Shown here one piece after another: positions 29,015 to 38,025 of a DNA stretch of 64,000 nucleotides. The notes below the pieces were generated by a model, which worked only from the letters and a program-made list of their open reading frames with translations, had not been told where the DNA came from and did no database searches. The stretch spans positions 88,684-152,683 of the forward strand of contig CAYFNK010000001.1 of the NCBI GenBank assembly GCA_964344555.1, read 5' to 3'. This stretch comes from Candidatus Woesearchaeota archaeon (GTDB taxonomy: Archaea > Nanobdellota > Nanobdellia > SCGC-AAA011-G17 > PNOQ01). Each line of letters begins with the position of its first letter. The first letter of the stretch is position 1. The translations under genes and the position numbers were made by a program.

Positions 29015-30093
29015 GTAAGATTTTGGAAAAAATAAAAGAAAATGCAGAATTAGTATATAATAAAATAAAAAAGAGAAGAAAACCAGAAATATCTATTCCA
29101 ATTAGATCTTTATCCAATGTAAATTATGATCCAAAGAAAGGATTTTTTGAACTAAAAGGTGCAACAAAAACAAGGGCATTGACCGTAAACACAATAAAAT
29201 CATTTGCTCAAACACTAAAGATGATGTCCTTATCAAAACAAGTAGTTGAAAATGAAGACATAGCTACAAAAAGAGAAGCATATTATGTTTCCAAAAACTG
29301 GGGAGATGCGGGCTTCAGAGAACAACCCGAATCAGATTCAGTAATGGATGACATAGAAGCAATGTTTATGGTAAATAGGGAACAGCTAGGATTTATTCCT
29401 GAAGAAAAAGGAGGAGATATTGCAGGAAAACTTAAAGTTATAGACAAAGATCCTACAACGGGTAAGGAAATAAAAATAGATTGTACTAAATTTGGATCTG
29501 GTGCATACTCAATACCAATATCTGTAGAACATTTGAAATTTGAAACTGATGCAAAATTTATTTTAGCAATAGAAACTGCAGGTATGTTCCAAAGGCTTGT
29601 AAAACACAACTATTGGAAAAAAACAAAATGTATTTTAATCTCTATGGGTGGAGTTCCAACAAGAGCTTGTAGAAGATTTATTAGGAGGTTGGCTGATGAA
29701 AAGAAACTTCCAGTTTATGTATTTACCGACGGAGACCCATATGGTTATACAAGCATATATAGGACACTTAAGGTAGGGTCTGGAAATGCTGCTCACATTA
29801 ACAAATACTTTTGTGTTCCACAAGCAAAATTTTTAGGAGTTACCCCGAAAGATATAGATGACTATAAATTACCTACCCATCCCTTGAAAGATGTTGATAA
29901 AAAGAAAATAAAAGATGTAATCAAGAATGATCCTTTCGTAAAAGAGCATAAAGAGTGGAAAAAGGCACTAGAAATGCTTCAGAAAAAAGGACAAAGAGTA
30001 GAGCAACAAGCCCTCGCTGCACACGGTCTAAATTATGTTATGGAAAAATATCTTCCAAAAAAATTGAAATCACCAAAAGAATTCTTACCTTAA
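29011..30093 (+). CDS. top6A: DNA topoisomerase VI subunit A (Spo11-type)
   Basis: The catalytic Tyr region is 'KREAYYVSK', the Toprim Glu sits in 'ILAIETAG', and the DxD motif is 'VFTDGDPYG'. Confidence 0.95.
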   Translation: MSKILEKIKENAELVYNKIKKRRKPEISIPIRSLSNVNYDPKKGFFELKGATKTRALTVNTIKSFAQTLKMMSLSKQVVENEDIATKREAYYVSKNWGDAGFREQPESDSVMDDIEAMFMVNREQLGFIPEEKGGDIAGKLKVIDKDPTTGKEIKIDCTKFGSGAYSIPISVEHLKFETDAKFILAIETAGMFQRLVKHNYWKKTKCILISMGGVPTRACRRFIRRLADEKKLPVYVFTDGDPYGYTSIYRTLKVGSGNAAHINKYFCVPQAKFLGVTPKDIDDYKLPTHPLKDVDKKKIKDVIKNDPFVKEHKEWKKALEMLQKKGQRVEQQALAAHGLNYVMEKYLPKKLKSPKEFLP

Positions 30094-30101
30094 CCAATAA
30101 G

Positions 30102-30109
30102 TTTTTAAA
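30102..30109 (+). promoter_or_regulatory. TATA-box candidate (TTTTTAAA) for the tRNA-Asn/tRNA-Ile pair
   Basis: It is centred about 28 nt upstream of the tRNA-Asn 5' end (30134). It is the only AT-box in the 40-nt spacer after top6A. Confidence 0.45.
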
Positions 30110-30133
30110 CAAAATCATCACTCGTTTCAATAT

Positions 30134-30208
30134 GCCTCGGTGGCTCAGTCTGGTTAGAGCATTCGGCTGTTAACCGAAAGGTCGTCGGTTCAAATCCGAC
30201 CCGGGGCG
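30134..30208 (+). tRNA. tRNA-Asn (GUU)
   Basis: Hand-folded cloverleaf: acceptor GCCUCGG/CCGGGGC, D-stem GCUC/GAGC, anticodon stem UUCGG/CCGAA with loop CU-GUU-AA, T-arm GUCGG-UUCAAAU-CCGAC, discriminator G. No encoded CCA and no intron. Confidence 0.9.
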
Positions 30209-30210
30209 TT

Positions 30211-30284
30211 GGCCCGGTAGCTTAGCCTGGTGGAGCACTCGACTGATAATCGAGAGGTCGTCGGTTCAAATCCGATCCGGGCCA
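30211..30284 (+). tRNA. tRNA-Ile (GAU)
   Basis: Hand-folded cloverleaf: acceptor GGCCCGG/CCGGGCC, anticodon stem CUCGA/UCGAG with loop CU-GAU-AA, T-arm GUCGG-UUCAAAU-CCGAU, discriminator A. It starts 2 nt after tRNA-Asn. Confidence 0.9.
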
Positions 30285-30322
30285 TTAGTTAATTTTATAT
30301 TTTCAGACAATTTACAAAACCT

Positions 30323-30652
30323 ATGAGATTTAGAGATTATCAAATTCTATCAAGAAAAACTGCAATATATCCAAAAAAAGGACGAAATCTTTCCTATCCT
30401 ACTTTAGGATTATGTGGAGAATCTGGAGAAGTTGCAGAAAAAGTCAAGAAACTTCTAAGAGATAAAAAAGGAAAGCTAGACTCACAATCTAAACAAGAAA
30501 TAATAAAAGAGATGGGAGATGTATTATGGTATCTAAGTGCAATTGCTTCAGAATTAAAAGTAAATTTGGAAGAAGTAGCAAAAATAAATATAAATAAACT
30601 ATCAAATAGAAAAAAGAAAAATAAGATTCAAGGAAGTGGAGATAATAGATGA
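30323..30652 (+). CDS. MazG-like nucleotide pyrophosphohydrolase (single-domain)
   Basis: 'LGLCGESGEVAEKVKKLLRD' and 'EMGDVLWYLSAIA' are the EExxE/D metal-binding helices of the all-alpha NTP-PPase fold. Confidence 0.8.
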   Translation: MRFRDYQILSRKTAIYPKKGRNLSYPTLGLCGESGEVAEKVKKLLRDKKGKLDSQSKQEIIKEMGDVLWYLSAIASELKVNLEEVAKININKLSNRKKKNKIQGSGDNR

Positions 30653-32368
30653 TTAATATCCATTAAGTTTGGATAAAAATTTAGTATGTTTCTCTTTAAT
30701 CCTTCTAAGATAACCCTTATCTCTCAAAGAGTGTCTCAAAATTAAGGAAACTTTTTCACCACTAAGGATATTAGGTAAAATTACATAATCTGCACCCAAC
30801 TTATACAACTTGTCAGCCTCATATGCGTGCCCTGCAGTAACCAACAGTTTTATATTAGGGTTTCTTTTTTTAATATAAGATAACAAAAATAAGCTATCCT
30901 CTTCATTTGGAACAGTAGAGATTATAATCTTAACCTTATTTAAATTAGTTTTTTCAAGAACTTCAGGATTAGAAACGTCTCCATAAATACATGATTCCTC
31001 TTTATTAATCATCTTTCTAATTATATCCGGATTGTTATCTATAACAATAATACTTTTTTTCATTCTTTTCAAAGTGTCATAGAATATAGATCCCATACGA
31101 TGTTTTCCAATCAAAACAATTTCCTTATGTTTGGATCTCTTGAAATATTCTAACTTTTTGGCCATAGGCATAGGGATTTTTTCAAATAAAGATAGTAATG
31201 GATAAAATACAAAATAAAATTTATTTTTGAATTCTAGTAAGTAGGAAGTTAAAACCATTGTAATTACAGTTAGGAATATTACTAATGAAAACAACTCCTT
31301 AGATATTGCTCCAAGTACAAATGGAAGAGATACAAGAATTAGTGAAAATTCACTATTTTGAGCTAAACTTAATCCAGTAAGGAAAGAGGTTCTTTTTTCA
31401 TATCCAAACAATGAAGTTATCAAGAATAATATAAGTGGCTTAACGATTAGAATTATTCCAAGTAAAACTAGCAAGGTTTTCCACATTACACTAATAGAGA
31501 AGGGGGCTAGCTGCATACCAATCGCAACGAAAAAGATGGTTGCAAAGAAACTTTTTATTGGGTTAACTTTTCCAATTATATCTAAGTGATAAGGCAAGTG
31601 TGCTAAAGCCAAACCGCCCAAAAAAGCTCCAATCGCTATGGAAAAGTCTAAGACATAAGCCAAAATTGAAAATCCAAACATTACTGTAAGAGAGGATAAG
31701 AATAATAACTCATGAGATCTTGAAGCAAATTCAAAAACCTTAGGAAAAATAAATCTACCAAATACAAATGCAGTGGCAAATAACCCTAGTCCCTTAAGAA
31801 GTGCAGATATTGCAACCATAGGATCAAAATTTCCTATGGAGCTGATCATTGCCAATGCAAGAATAACAACAATATCTTGAATGATAAGTATACCTAAGAT
31901 AATCTTACCATGTAATGTATCAATTTCACCCTTATCGGACAATAACTTAATTACAATCATTGTGCTACTAAATGTAACAACTAATCCAAGAACAATTGCT
32001 TCAAATTGTGCAAAACCTAAACTAAGTGCTGCAAAGTATCCTACAAAATAAACTGCGAGAACCTGTATTAGTCCACCAACTGTAGCAACTGCTCCAACAT
32101 ACTTTAATTTCTTAAGATTAATTTCTAAACCAACAACGAACAAAAGAAAAGCAATACCTAACTCGGCTATATGGCCTATGAGCAACTCATCTTTGATAAC
32201 TCCTAAAACTAAAGGTCCTAGGATTATTCCAGTAAGAATGTATGCAGGAATTAGAGGTTGTCTGAGCAATCTCGCTGCAAAAGCCACAAGTGTTGCTAAA
32301 ATAATTAAAAAACCTAGGTCTGTCAAAAGTCCTTGCTCTAATGAATGTATAAGTTCTAAAAAGCCCAT
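30653..32368 (-). CDS. Kef-type monovalent cation:proton antiporter (CPA2) with C-terminal RCK/TrkA-N domain
   Basis: About 12 TM helices are followed by a Rossmann-like 'IVLIGKHRMGSIFYDTLKR...VIDNNPD'. The track start at 32386 is TTG; ATG is at 32366-32368. Confidence 0.85.
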   Translation of the reverse strand: MGFLELIHSLEQGLLTDLGFLIILATLVAFAARLLRQPLIPAYILTGIILGPLVLGVIKDELLIGHIAELGIAFLLFVVGLEINLKKLKYVGAVATVGGLIQVLAVYFVGYFAALSLGFAQFEAIVLGLVVTFSSTMIVIKLLSDKGEIDTLHGKIILGILIIQDIVVILALAMISSIGNFDPMVAISALLKGLGLFATAFVFGRFIFPKVFEFASRSHELLFLSSLTVMFGFSILAYVLDFSIAIGAFLGGLALAHLPYHLDIIGKVNPIKSFFATIFFVAIGMQLAPFSISVMWKTLLVLLGIILIVKPLILFLITSLFGYEKRTSFLTGLSLAQNSEFSLILVSLPFVLGAISKELFSLVIFLTVITMVLTSYLLEFKNKFYFVFYPLLSLFEKIPMPMAKKLEYFKRSKHKEIVLIGKHRMGSIFYDTLKRMKKSIIVIDNNPDIIRKMINKEESCIYGDVSNPEVLEKTNLNKVKIIISTVPNEEDSLFLLSYIKKRNPNIKLLVTAGHAYEADKLYKLGADYVILPNILSGEKVSLILRHSLRDKGYLRRIKEKHTKFLSKLNGY

Positions 32369-32429
32369 TTCACCTCTATCTAGCAAACTGGATTGTACTC
32401 TATTTAAATTTTTCTAGAATCAAAAGAAG

Positions 32430-32777
32430 TTATTTTTTTGCCAAAGTTATCTCGATTGTTGAAACTCTAACTTGTTTTCCCTCTTTGTTTTGAAATTTTT
32501 CGCTTCCAATGGCTATGTCATTGACAATGCATGTATTTTCCAGAAATCTTTTGGTTGCCACTTCTGCAACATCAACTGCTCTAGAAATAAATTTTCCTCT
32601 AGCCTTAACAATAATTTTACTGGCATTTTGAGTTGTAAACTGCATAACAACACCAGTTACATAATTCATAAAAGGCTTGCCACCTATGAAAACAGTATTA
32701 TCTTCTGACTTCTTTGCACTATATCTTTCTTTTTCTAAAGAAGGATTATCTTTAGGGGTAGAATTTTCTTCTGTCAT
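32430..32777 (-). CDS. albA: Alba DNA/RNA-binding chromatin protein
   Basis: 'NTVFIGGKPFMNYVTGVVMQF...IIVKARGKFISRAVDVAEV...VSTIEITL' identifies it. There is a ~30-aa polar N-terminal extension. The track start at 32801 is TTG; ATG is at 32777. Confidence 0.9.
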   Translation of the reverse strand: MTEENSTPKDNPSLEKERYSAKKSEDNTVFIGGKPFMNYVTGVVMQFTTQNASKIIVKARGKFISRAVDVAEVATKRFLENTCIVNDIAIGSEKFQNKEGKQVRVSTIEITLAKK

Positions 32778-32811
32778 TTTGATGTGTATTTTATTAAGCA
32801 ACTTAAGGTAC

Positions 32812-32997
32812 TTATTGTTGTTTTGCCAGTCTAGTCATGTATCCTGCAATAATATTTTCAAGTTTTTTAGATTTGACTTCTACCAAGTCTTTAACAATTT
32901 TTTTATTGTCTGAAAACTTCTTCTTAAAATTATCAGGATTTTCTCTAAAAAGTTTGAGAGTTATTCTTTTAATCATTGTTGTTTTTATTCTTCCCAT
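32812..32997 (-). CDS. rps17e: 30S ribosomal protein S17e
   Basis: 'MGRIKTTMIKRITLKLFRENPDNF' matches S17e and the 61-aa length is typical. Confidence 0.9.
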   Translation of the reverse strand: MGRIKTTMIKRITLKLFRENPDNFKKKFSDNKKIVKDLVEVKSKKLENIIAGYMTRLAKQQ

Positions 32998-34264
32998 GCT
33001 TCGTAGTTTTCTTATCTTGTTTATAAATCTTACTTTTCTTACTATTTTTCAAAATAAGGGCTTTTCTAATAGCATAGTTTGCAGGATTTTTGCCCTTGAG
33101 ACACAAATTATCAGGATTACATAGTCCAAGATCTTTATAATAATTGATATCTGGATTTTGAGAAGAATGAGGGCAATTCGGAGGAAGAACTTTATCTTGT
33201 TGTCGTCTATGCCAACTGAGCTGAGATAGAACATATCCTTCTCTTAATGGCTCAGGATTTTTCTCATTCCACTCTCTAATTCTCTTTTCTAAGGCTTCAA
33301 AACCGTAGCCTGTATTTTTAAGAAAATTAATTAAGATAAACAGAAATCTTTTCTTTCCATCTTCCATGCCCTCTAACCCTTTTTTTATACATGGGGGAAA
33401 TGAAGCTTCTGGAAGTTCTTCATTAAGTTCCAAATACTCTTTTTTAGGTAATTTTTCAATTTCTTCTTTTTTATTTTTAGAATTCCAATCAAATGCTTGT
33501 AATATTAAATTTTTTGCATCTCCTTCTACTAAATTTTCAGAATCCAAGAATTTTGAGGATAAAGAGACTCTGTCTGGTAATGCACTTGCCTTGTCAAATT
33601 TCAAAACCTCATCCTTATCTATAGGTATACTAACTAATCCTGTTTTTTCATGTAAGGAATAAGGTGCCCTATACATATGTCTACTCGATATGAGAATAGT
33701 GTCTACCTTGAATAAATTCTCCATCTTATCTCCAAATTTATTAGCAAGATGAGGTTTTATCATATTGATTAAGTAATCAGTAACAACTCTTGGACCTTCT
33801 GGAAAAAGATTTTTACTTGGTACCCCATTAACAGATTCTGGAAACGACTTAAAGGGAACAGCAATATGAAATCCTTTATTTCCCGAGTATTTAACTAAAA
33901 TATTTTTAACATCGTTGAATTTCAGGGCCTCGATAAGATAGTGAGTAATTATTTTAGAATCCTCTAAATCTGGACTATCTATATCTAATACAAGGTCCCA
34001 TCCTTTTCTTAGATCATCCAGCTTCTTTTTATTCATTCCTGGAGTCAAGATCAAAGGATCCTTCCAATGTTCTTCAGAAATATGGAAAGAAGTTGCTCCT
34101 TTTTTTACAAAGTCAAGAACTTCTTGACTATATTGTAAAATATTAGGTCTTTTTGCAAAACCCCTTTCTCCAAGTCTTGCTGCAAGCTCTCTATCTTCAC
34201 AATTAGAAACTATTCTGTCCTGTACTTCTTTTTTAGAATAATAACTTAAAAAATCATTTATCAT
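32969..34264 (-). CDS. priS: DNA primase, fused PriS catalytic domain + PriL C-terminal Fe-S domain
   Basis: PriS motifs are 'WDLVLDIDSPD' (DxD) and 'YSGNKGFHIAVPF' with 'RAPYSLHEKTG'. The C-terminal ~140 aa carry PriL-CTD hallmarks: 'FPPCIKKGL', 'KRFLFILINFLKNTG' and 'LPPNCP...LGLCNPDNLC' (4 Cys). Confidence 0.85.
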   Translation of the reverse strand: MINDFLSYYSKKEVQDRIVSNCEDRELAARLGERGFAKRPNILQYSQEVLDFVKKGATSFHISEEHWKDPLILTPGMNKKKLDDLRKGWDLVLDIDSPDLEDSKIITHYLIEALKFNDVKNILVKYSGNKGFHIAVPFKSFPESVNGVPSKNLFPEGPRVVTDYLINMIKPHLANKFGDKMENLFKVDTILISSRHMYRAPYSLHEKTGLVSIPIDKDEVLKFDKASALPDRVSLSSKFLDSENLVEGDAKNLILQAFDWNSKNKKEEIEKLPKKEYLELNEELPEASFPPCIKKGLEGMEDGKKRFLFILINFLKNTGYGFEALEKRIREWNEKNPEPLREGYVLSQLSWHRRQQDKVLPPNCPHSSQNPDINYYKDLGLCNPDNLCLKGKNPANYAIRKALILKNSKKSKIYKQDKKTTKHGKNKNNND

Positions 34265-34301
34265 AAAAAAGGGAGAAAGTTTATTTTTAATAATTTATGG
34301 G

Positions 34302-34676
34302 TTATTTGGGACCAAGGGCACTAATCTCTATTTTATTAATTTCTTTTTCCAACTGTGCCTGTATATTAGTTAGTTCTTCTATTTGTTTATCCAAAATTTT
34401 GGCAGAAGAATCAAAATCTTTTTTAACAAGTATATTTGAACCGACATTCATAACTACTTCTTTAGGTTGTTTGAGTTCAGATTCTAGAAAAATTCCAGCT
34501 CCCAGAGGAACCAACGTTTTCCTATCTTTAACCTCTTTAATACTTATCAAATCTTCCTTGAGTCTAATCAATTCTTCAGTTTGAGATTTAAGACTTAAAA
34601 GTTGATTTTTCAAATTCATAAGATTCTGCTGAATCATTTGTTGTTCTAGGGCAATTAGGTTTTCTTTTTCTTTCAT
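34302..34676 (-). CDS. pfdA: Prefoldin alpha subunit
   Basis: Coiled coils flank two beta-hairpin segments, 'TLVPLGAGIFLESEL' and 'EVVMNVGSNILVKKD'. Confidence 0.75.
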   Translation of the reverse strand: MKEKENLIALEQQMIQQNLMNLKNQLLSLKSQTEELIRLKEDLISIKEVKDRKTLVPLGAGIFLESELKQPKEVVMNVGSNILVKKDFDSSAKILDKQIEELTNIQAQLEKEINKIEISALGPK

Positions 34677-34975
34677 TTTTTAGTAGTTTTTTTCTTAGAA
34701 ACTGTTTCTTTTTTCTTAGTTGTTTTTTTAACTTTTTTCTTTTCTATGACTTTAATCTTAGCGCTACTCATAACCTTGTGAACATCTGAAGTAGAGGCTC
34801 CCTTTTTTACCTTAAGAACATTTTTAAGAGGCTCCAGGTGCTTGATATTGCACTTTTTCCTTCTCACATTCCCATCTATTAGAACAATATTGTCAGATAT
34901 CTTATCAACTACTATTGCAGTTTTTCCAGAATCTCTTCCAGCAATTTTTACGCAAACCCTTCCAATATCAAACAT
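34673..34975 (-). CDS. rpl14e: 50S ribosomal protein L14e
   Basis: The KOW-type N-terminus is 'MFDIGRVCVKIAGRDSGKTAIVVDKI'. It has a Lys-rich tail. Confidence 0.9.
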   Translation of the reverse strand: MFDIGRVCVKIAGRDSGKTAIVVDKISDNIVLIDGNVRRKKCNIKHLEPLKNVLKVKKGASTSDVHKVMSSAKIKVIEKKKVKKTTKKKETVSKKKTTKK

Positions 34976-34976
34976 T

Positions 34977-35240
34977 TTATTCTACCTGTGATCTTATTTT
35001 TTCCCTCATGCACGAAGAACAAAGAATTCCTCCGTATGGTCTTTCAGGCCTCTTCTTAGTTTTAGGTAAGTTTTTGAACTTTGATTGAATTTTATGAGGA
35101 ACTCCGCTAAGAATCTTACCGCAGCCTGTGCAGGATTTTTTACTTGTCTTTCTTTTTCTGAAGTGTTTTGTAATGTTCCCACTAACTGTTTTTACAAAAA
35201 TCCTTCTCAATGTCCTTGATTTATGTTTTCCTGCTGGCAT
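34977..35240 (-). CDS. rpl34e: 50S ribosomal protein L34e
   Basis: 'KSRTLRRIFVKTVSGN...CTGCGKILSGV...RPYGGILCSSC' matches L34e. Confidence 0.9.
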   Translation of the reverse strand: MPAGKHKSRTLRRIFVKTVSGNITKHFRKRKTSKKSCTGCGKILSGVPHKIQSKFKNLPKTKKRPERPYGGILCSSCMREKIRSQVE

Positions 35241-35241
35241 T

Positions 35242-35682
35242 TTAATGAACTCTCAAAAATTTTCTTATTGAAGTACTAAAGATTATTGAAAATATAATAT
35301 ATATCAACAACCAACTAGACATGCCTAAAAAGCTCACTTCGGTAACTGCGTAAACTTCTCTAAGCCATCCAAACACTAAGATTAGTGGAATAAATGTAAT
35401 TAGCATCGGTTTAAAAGTGTTTTTCATTTGAATCATGGACTTTTCCATAGATCTTTTTTGAAGTTCCATCATCTTTTGAGGGTCTTCTCTAAATTCCTTC
35501 ATTTCTTTTCTTATTTCTTTCATCTCTTCTTTTATTGATTTTAATAATTCTTGATCTGTCATATATTTATAGACAAGGGTAACTAACAAAGTTAAAACAA
35601 AACTAATAAAGATAAGTCCCCCTAAGGGAGAGCTCTCAATTGCCCATCCAAACATGTTTTCAAAAAAACTATTTAATGCCAT
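35242..35682 (-). CDS. DUF106 membrane protein (archaeal Oxa1/YidC/EMC3-like insertase)
   Basis: Three TM segments flank the amphipathic 'KEEMKEIRKEMKEFREDPQKMMELQKRSMEKSM'. The position between secY and rpl34e is conserved. Confidence 0.75.
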   Translation of the reverse strand: MALNSFFENMFGWAIESSPLGGLIFISFVLTLLVTLVYKYMTDQELLKSIKEEMKEIRKEMKEFREDPQKMMELQKRSMEKSMIQMKNTFKPMLITFIPLILVFGWLREVYAVTEVSFLGMSSWLLIYIIFSIIFSTSIRKFLRVH

Positions 35683-35715
35683 TGTATTTTTTTGGAATGT
35701 ACTTCTTTTTAAAAC

Positions 35716-37155
35716 TTATCCTCCCATCATTTTCCTTAATGCAGGATTCATATCCATCATGTGCTGTTGAGCTATTTCTTCGTATAATCTGTAAATAATC
35801 ATTACCGCAAGTAAAATTCCAGTTCCTCTTGAAAGAGAACCAGTTAAATCTGCTAATGCAGCAAGCATTCCTACAGCAATTGCACCCATTATGGTTAAAG
35901 GACCAATATATCTCTTTAGTACACTTTCAAGTACTCTTGGATCTCTTCTAAATCCTGGCATCTGCAGTCCTGAAGACATAATTTGTTTAGCCTGAGATCT
36001 TGCATCCATTCCAGCAGTTTGTACCCAGAAAATAGAGAAAAGAACTGCTCCTACGATCATAAATAAAGCGTAAGTTATGGCCTGTAAGATTGGAGCAATA
36101 GTCCAAGAACCAGATGCAAATCCGCTCATAAAATATTCAACTAGATTTGGAGAATATGTCCAATAAACCAAACCTGAAACAGGTATCTGTCCAGAAAATT
36201 GTCCAAAGATATGTTGAGACACCCAAGCCATAATTCCAGTTTCTCCAACTCTATTTTGCAATAACCTTGCCCACAGTTGAACATTTGCCAAAAGGGCAGC
36301 AACCAAAATAACAGGTATATTTGAAGTATAGATGAACCTTAAAGGCCATCTTATCCCATGTCCTCTAACTCTCCCAAAAGATAAAGGAATTTCAACCTTC
36401 ATAGCTTGTGCGTAAACAGCTATTGCAAATACTCCTACTGTAGAAAGAATAGCAAAAAAGGGCCTAGCAGCCCCAGCCAAATCTGCATTTAATAATGATT
36501 TGAATAAAACCCAAACTGCACCGATTGGGGCAAGATTAGAACCAAGAGCAAGAATTCCCGTAGTTGTTAAAGGAGACAATGCTCTAACAAAAATCTCTTG
36601 TGAAACTCCTGCTGCAATAAATAGGCTAACTCCTGAGCCAAATCCCCATTTGGAGATTACTTCATCCATGAGTAATACCAATAATCCCCCAAGACATAAT
36701 TGGAAAATTAAAATAAACTGCATAGTTTTAAATAAAGAAGGGGCAAGTGCTGCAGACGGAGCCAGACCACCCATAAATACATAAATTGCTGCTTCAAAAA
36801 ATATAAAGAATATTGCAAGTAATTTCTGAAGACCTTGAAAAAATTTCTTTCCTTCAGAAGTGTTAACATCTATGTTTAGTATTCCAGATCCTGTCAAAAG
36901 TTGCAAAACAATAGATGCAGTCACAATAGGTCCAATACCCAATGAGATTATTGAACCGAAGCTCGCACCAAGAATAATAGATAATTGTTCAAACTGGGCA
37001 AGAGAATTTTGACCAAGCCCAAATAAAGGAATCATAGATAACATAAAAAATGCAAATAGAATTGTTCCTGTCCACTTTAATTTTTCCTTGAAAGATAGTT
37101 TATGTACGGGAGGAATAATCTCTGGAAGACTACTCATCAACTTTTTTAAGAACAT
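35716..37155 (-). CDS. secY: Preprotein translocase subunit SecY
   Basis: This ten-TM protein follows rpl15. Recognisable segments include 'LGIGPIVTASIVLQLL' and 'GTGILLAVMIIYRLYEEI'. Confidence 0.95.
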   Translation of the reverse strand: MFLKKLMSSLPEIIPPVHKLSFKEKLKWTGTILFAFFMLSMIPLFGLGQNSLAQFEQLSIILGASFGSIISLGIGPIVTASIVLQLLTGSGILNIDVNTSEGKKFFQGLQKLLAIFFIFFEAAIYVFMGGLAPSAALAPSLFKTMQFILIFQLCLGGLLVLLMDEVISKWGFGSGVSLFIAAGVSQEIFVRALSPLTTTGILALGSNLAPIGAVWVLFKSLLNADLAGAARPFFAILSTVGVFAIAVYAQAMKVEIPLSFGRVRGHGIRWPLRFIYTSNIPVILVAALLANVQLWARLLQNRVGETGIMAWVSQHIFGQFSGQIPVSGLVYWTYSPNLVEYFMSGFASGSWTIAPILQAITYALFMIVGAVLFSIFWVQTAGMDARSQAKQIMSSGLQMPGFRRDPRVLESVLKRYIGPLTIMGAIAVGMLAALADLTGSLSRGTGILLAVMIIYRLYEEIAQQHMMDMNPALRKMMGG

Positions 37156-37565
37156 ATTATAGCTTCTCCACCAGATTTTTCTATTTTTTCAAGTGCTAGT
37201 TTTGAAAATGATTTACAAGTAATTTTAACTTTTTCTTTTAATTCTCCCTTTCCAAGAACTTTATCATATTTTGAAGCATCTACTACATAAACCTCTCCAT
37301 CTTTTTTATCAAGATTAATCTGGTTAAGATTTAATATTTTATTTTTCTTTCCAATTCTTCTTTGATTTTTGAAACCGCTTTTTCCAAAATAAGATAAACC
37401 GTATAATTTCAAGATAGTTGGCTTCTTCTGATCAGCCCTTTTACCAGTACCAGCTAGACCTCTTCCCCCTCTGTTTCCTGCTCCACGATTTTTCTTCATT
37501 GAACCATAGCCATGGGTGGTCTTTGCTCTCATCCTAGTATTTTTCTTTCTTTTATTTATAGGCAT
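37146..37565 (-). CDS. rpl15: 50S ribosomal protein L15 (uL15)
   Basis: 'GYGSMKKNRGAGNRGGRGLAGTGKRADQKK' matches uL15 and the operon position fits. Confidence 0.9.
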   Translation of the reverse strand: MPINKRKKNTRMRAKTTHGYGSMKKNRGAGNRGGRGLAGTGKRADQKKPTILKLYGLSYFGKSGFKNQRRIGKKNKILNLNQINLDKKDGEVYVVDASKYDKVLGKGELKEKVKITCKSFSKLALEKIEKSGGEAIICS

Positions 37566-37566
37566 T

Positions 37567-38025
37567 TTACAACATATTATTTATCAGATTGTTTATTTTT
37601 TCTTTTCTATATCCAAGTGCTCCACCAAGAGAATACGGCCTCTTAGTACCTTTGACACCATATCCCTTTTTAGGTGGGTTTAATCTAAAAAAGGGTTTCA
37701 AACCTGGAATTTCTTTTATATTAAGTTTATTTTCATTCAACTTAATTGCAAAATCTTCAATTGCTTTTTCTTCATATTGTTCAGCTAATCTTTTTTTACC
37801 TGGTAATTTTCCACGTTTTTCTAATATTTCCTTGATGGTTTCTTTATTTAATTCTCCCCAAGTTGAATAATCTTTTATTATCTTAATCATACCTTTGACA
37901 GAATCTGAAGGTTCTATAATAACGCAAGAATTCTTTTTATGCAAATTCAACAACTTAAAGGTATTTTTTACCTTACCATTTAATCCATGTTGTCCAGCTA
38001 TTCTAATTATTGCTATCTTTGTCAT
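37567..38025 (-). CDS. rpl30: 50S ribosomal protein L30 (uL30)
   Basis: 'IAIIRIAGQHGL' opens the protein and the operon position fits. It overlaps the rps5 3' end by 23 nt. Confidence 0.9.
   Translation of the reverse strand: MTKIAIIRIAGQHGLNGKVKNTFKLLNLHKKNSCVIIEPSDSVKGMIKIIKDYSTWGELNKETIKEILEKRGKLPGKKRLAEQYEEKAIEDFAIKLNENKLNIKEIPGLKPFFRLNPPKKGYGVKGTKRPYSLGGALGYRKEKINNLINNML

Noticed and set aside
30187-30278. The shared 21-nt block in tRNA-Asn and tRNA-Ile could be an att-site duplication from an integrative element.
   Set aside because: The block is simply the variable-loop/T-arm region of two adjacent functional tRNAs. Nothing lies between them (2 nt), and no integrase is nearby.
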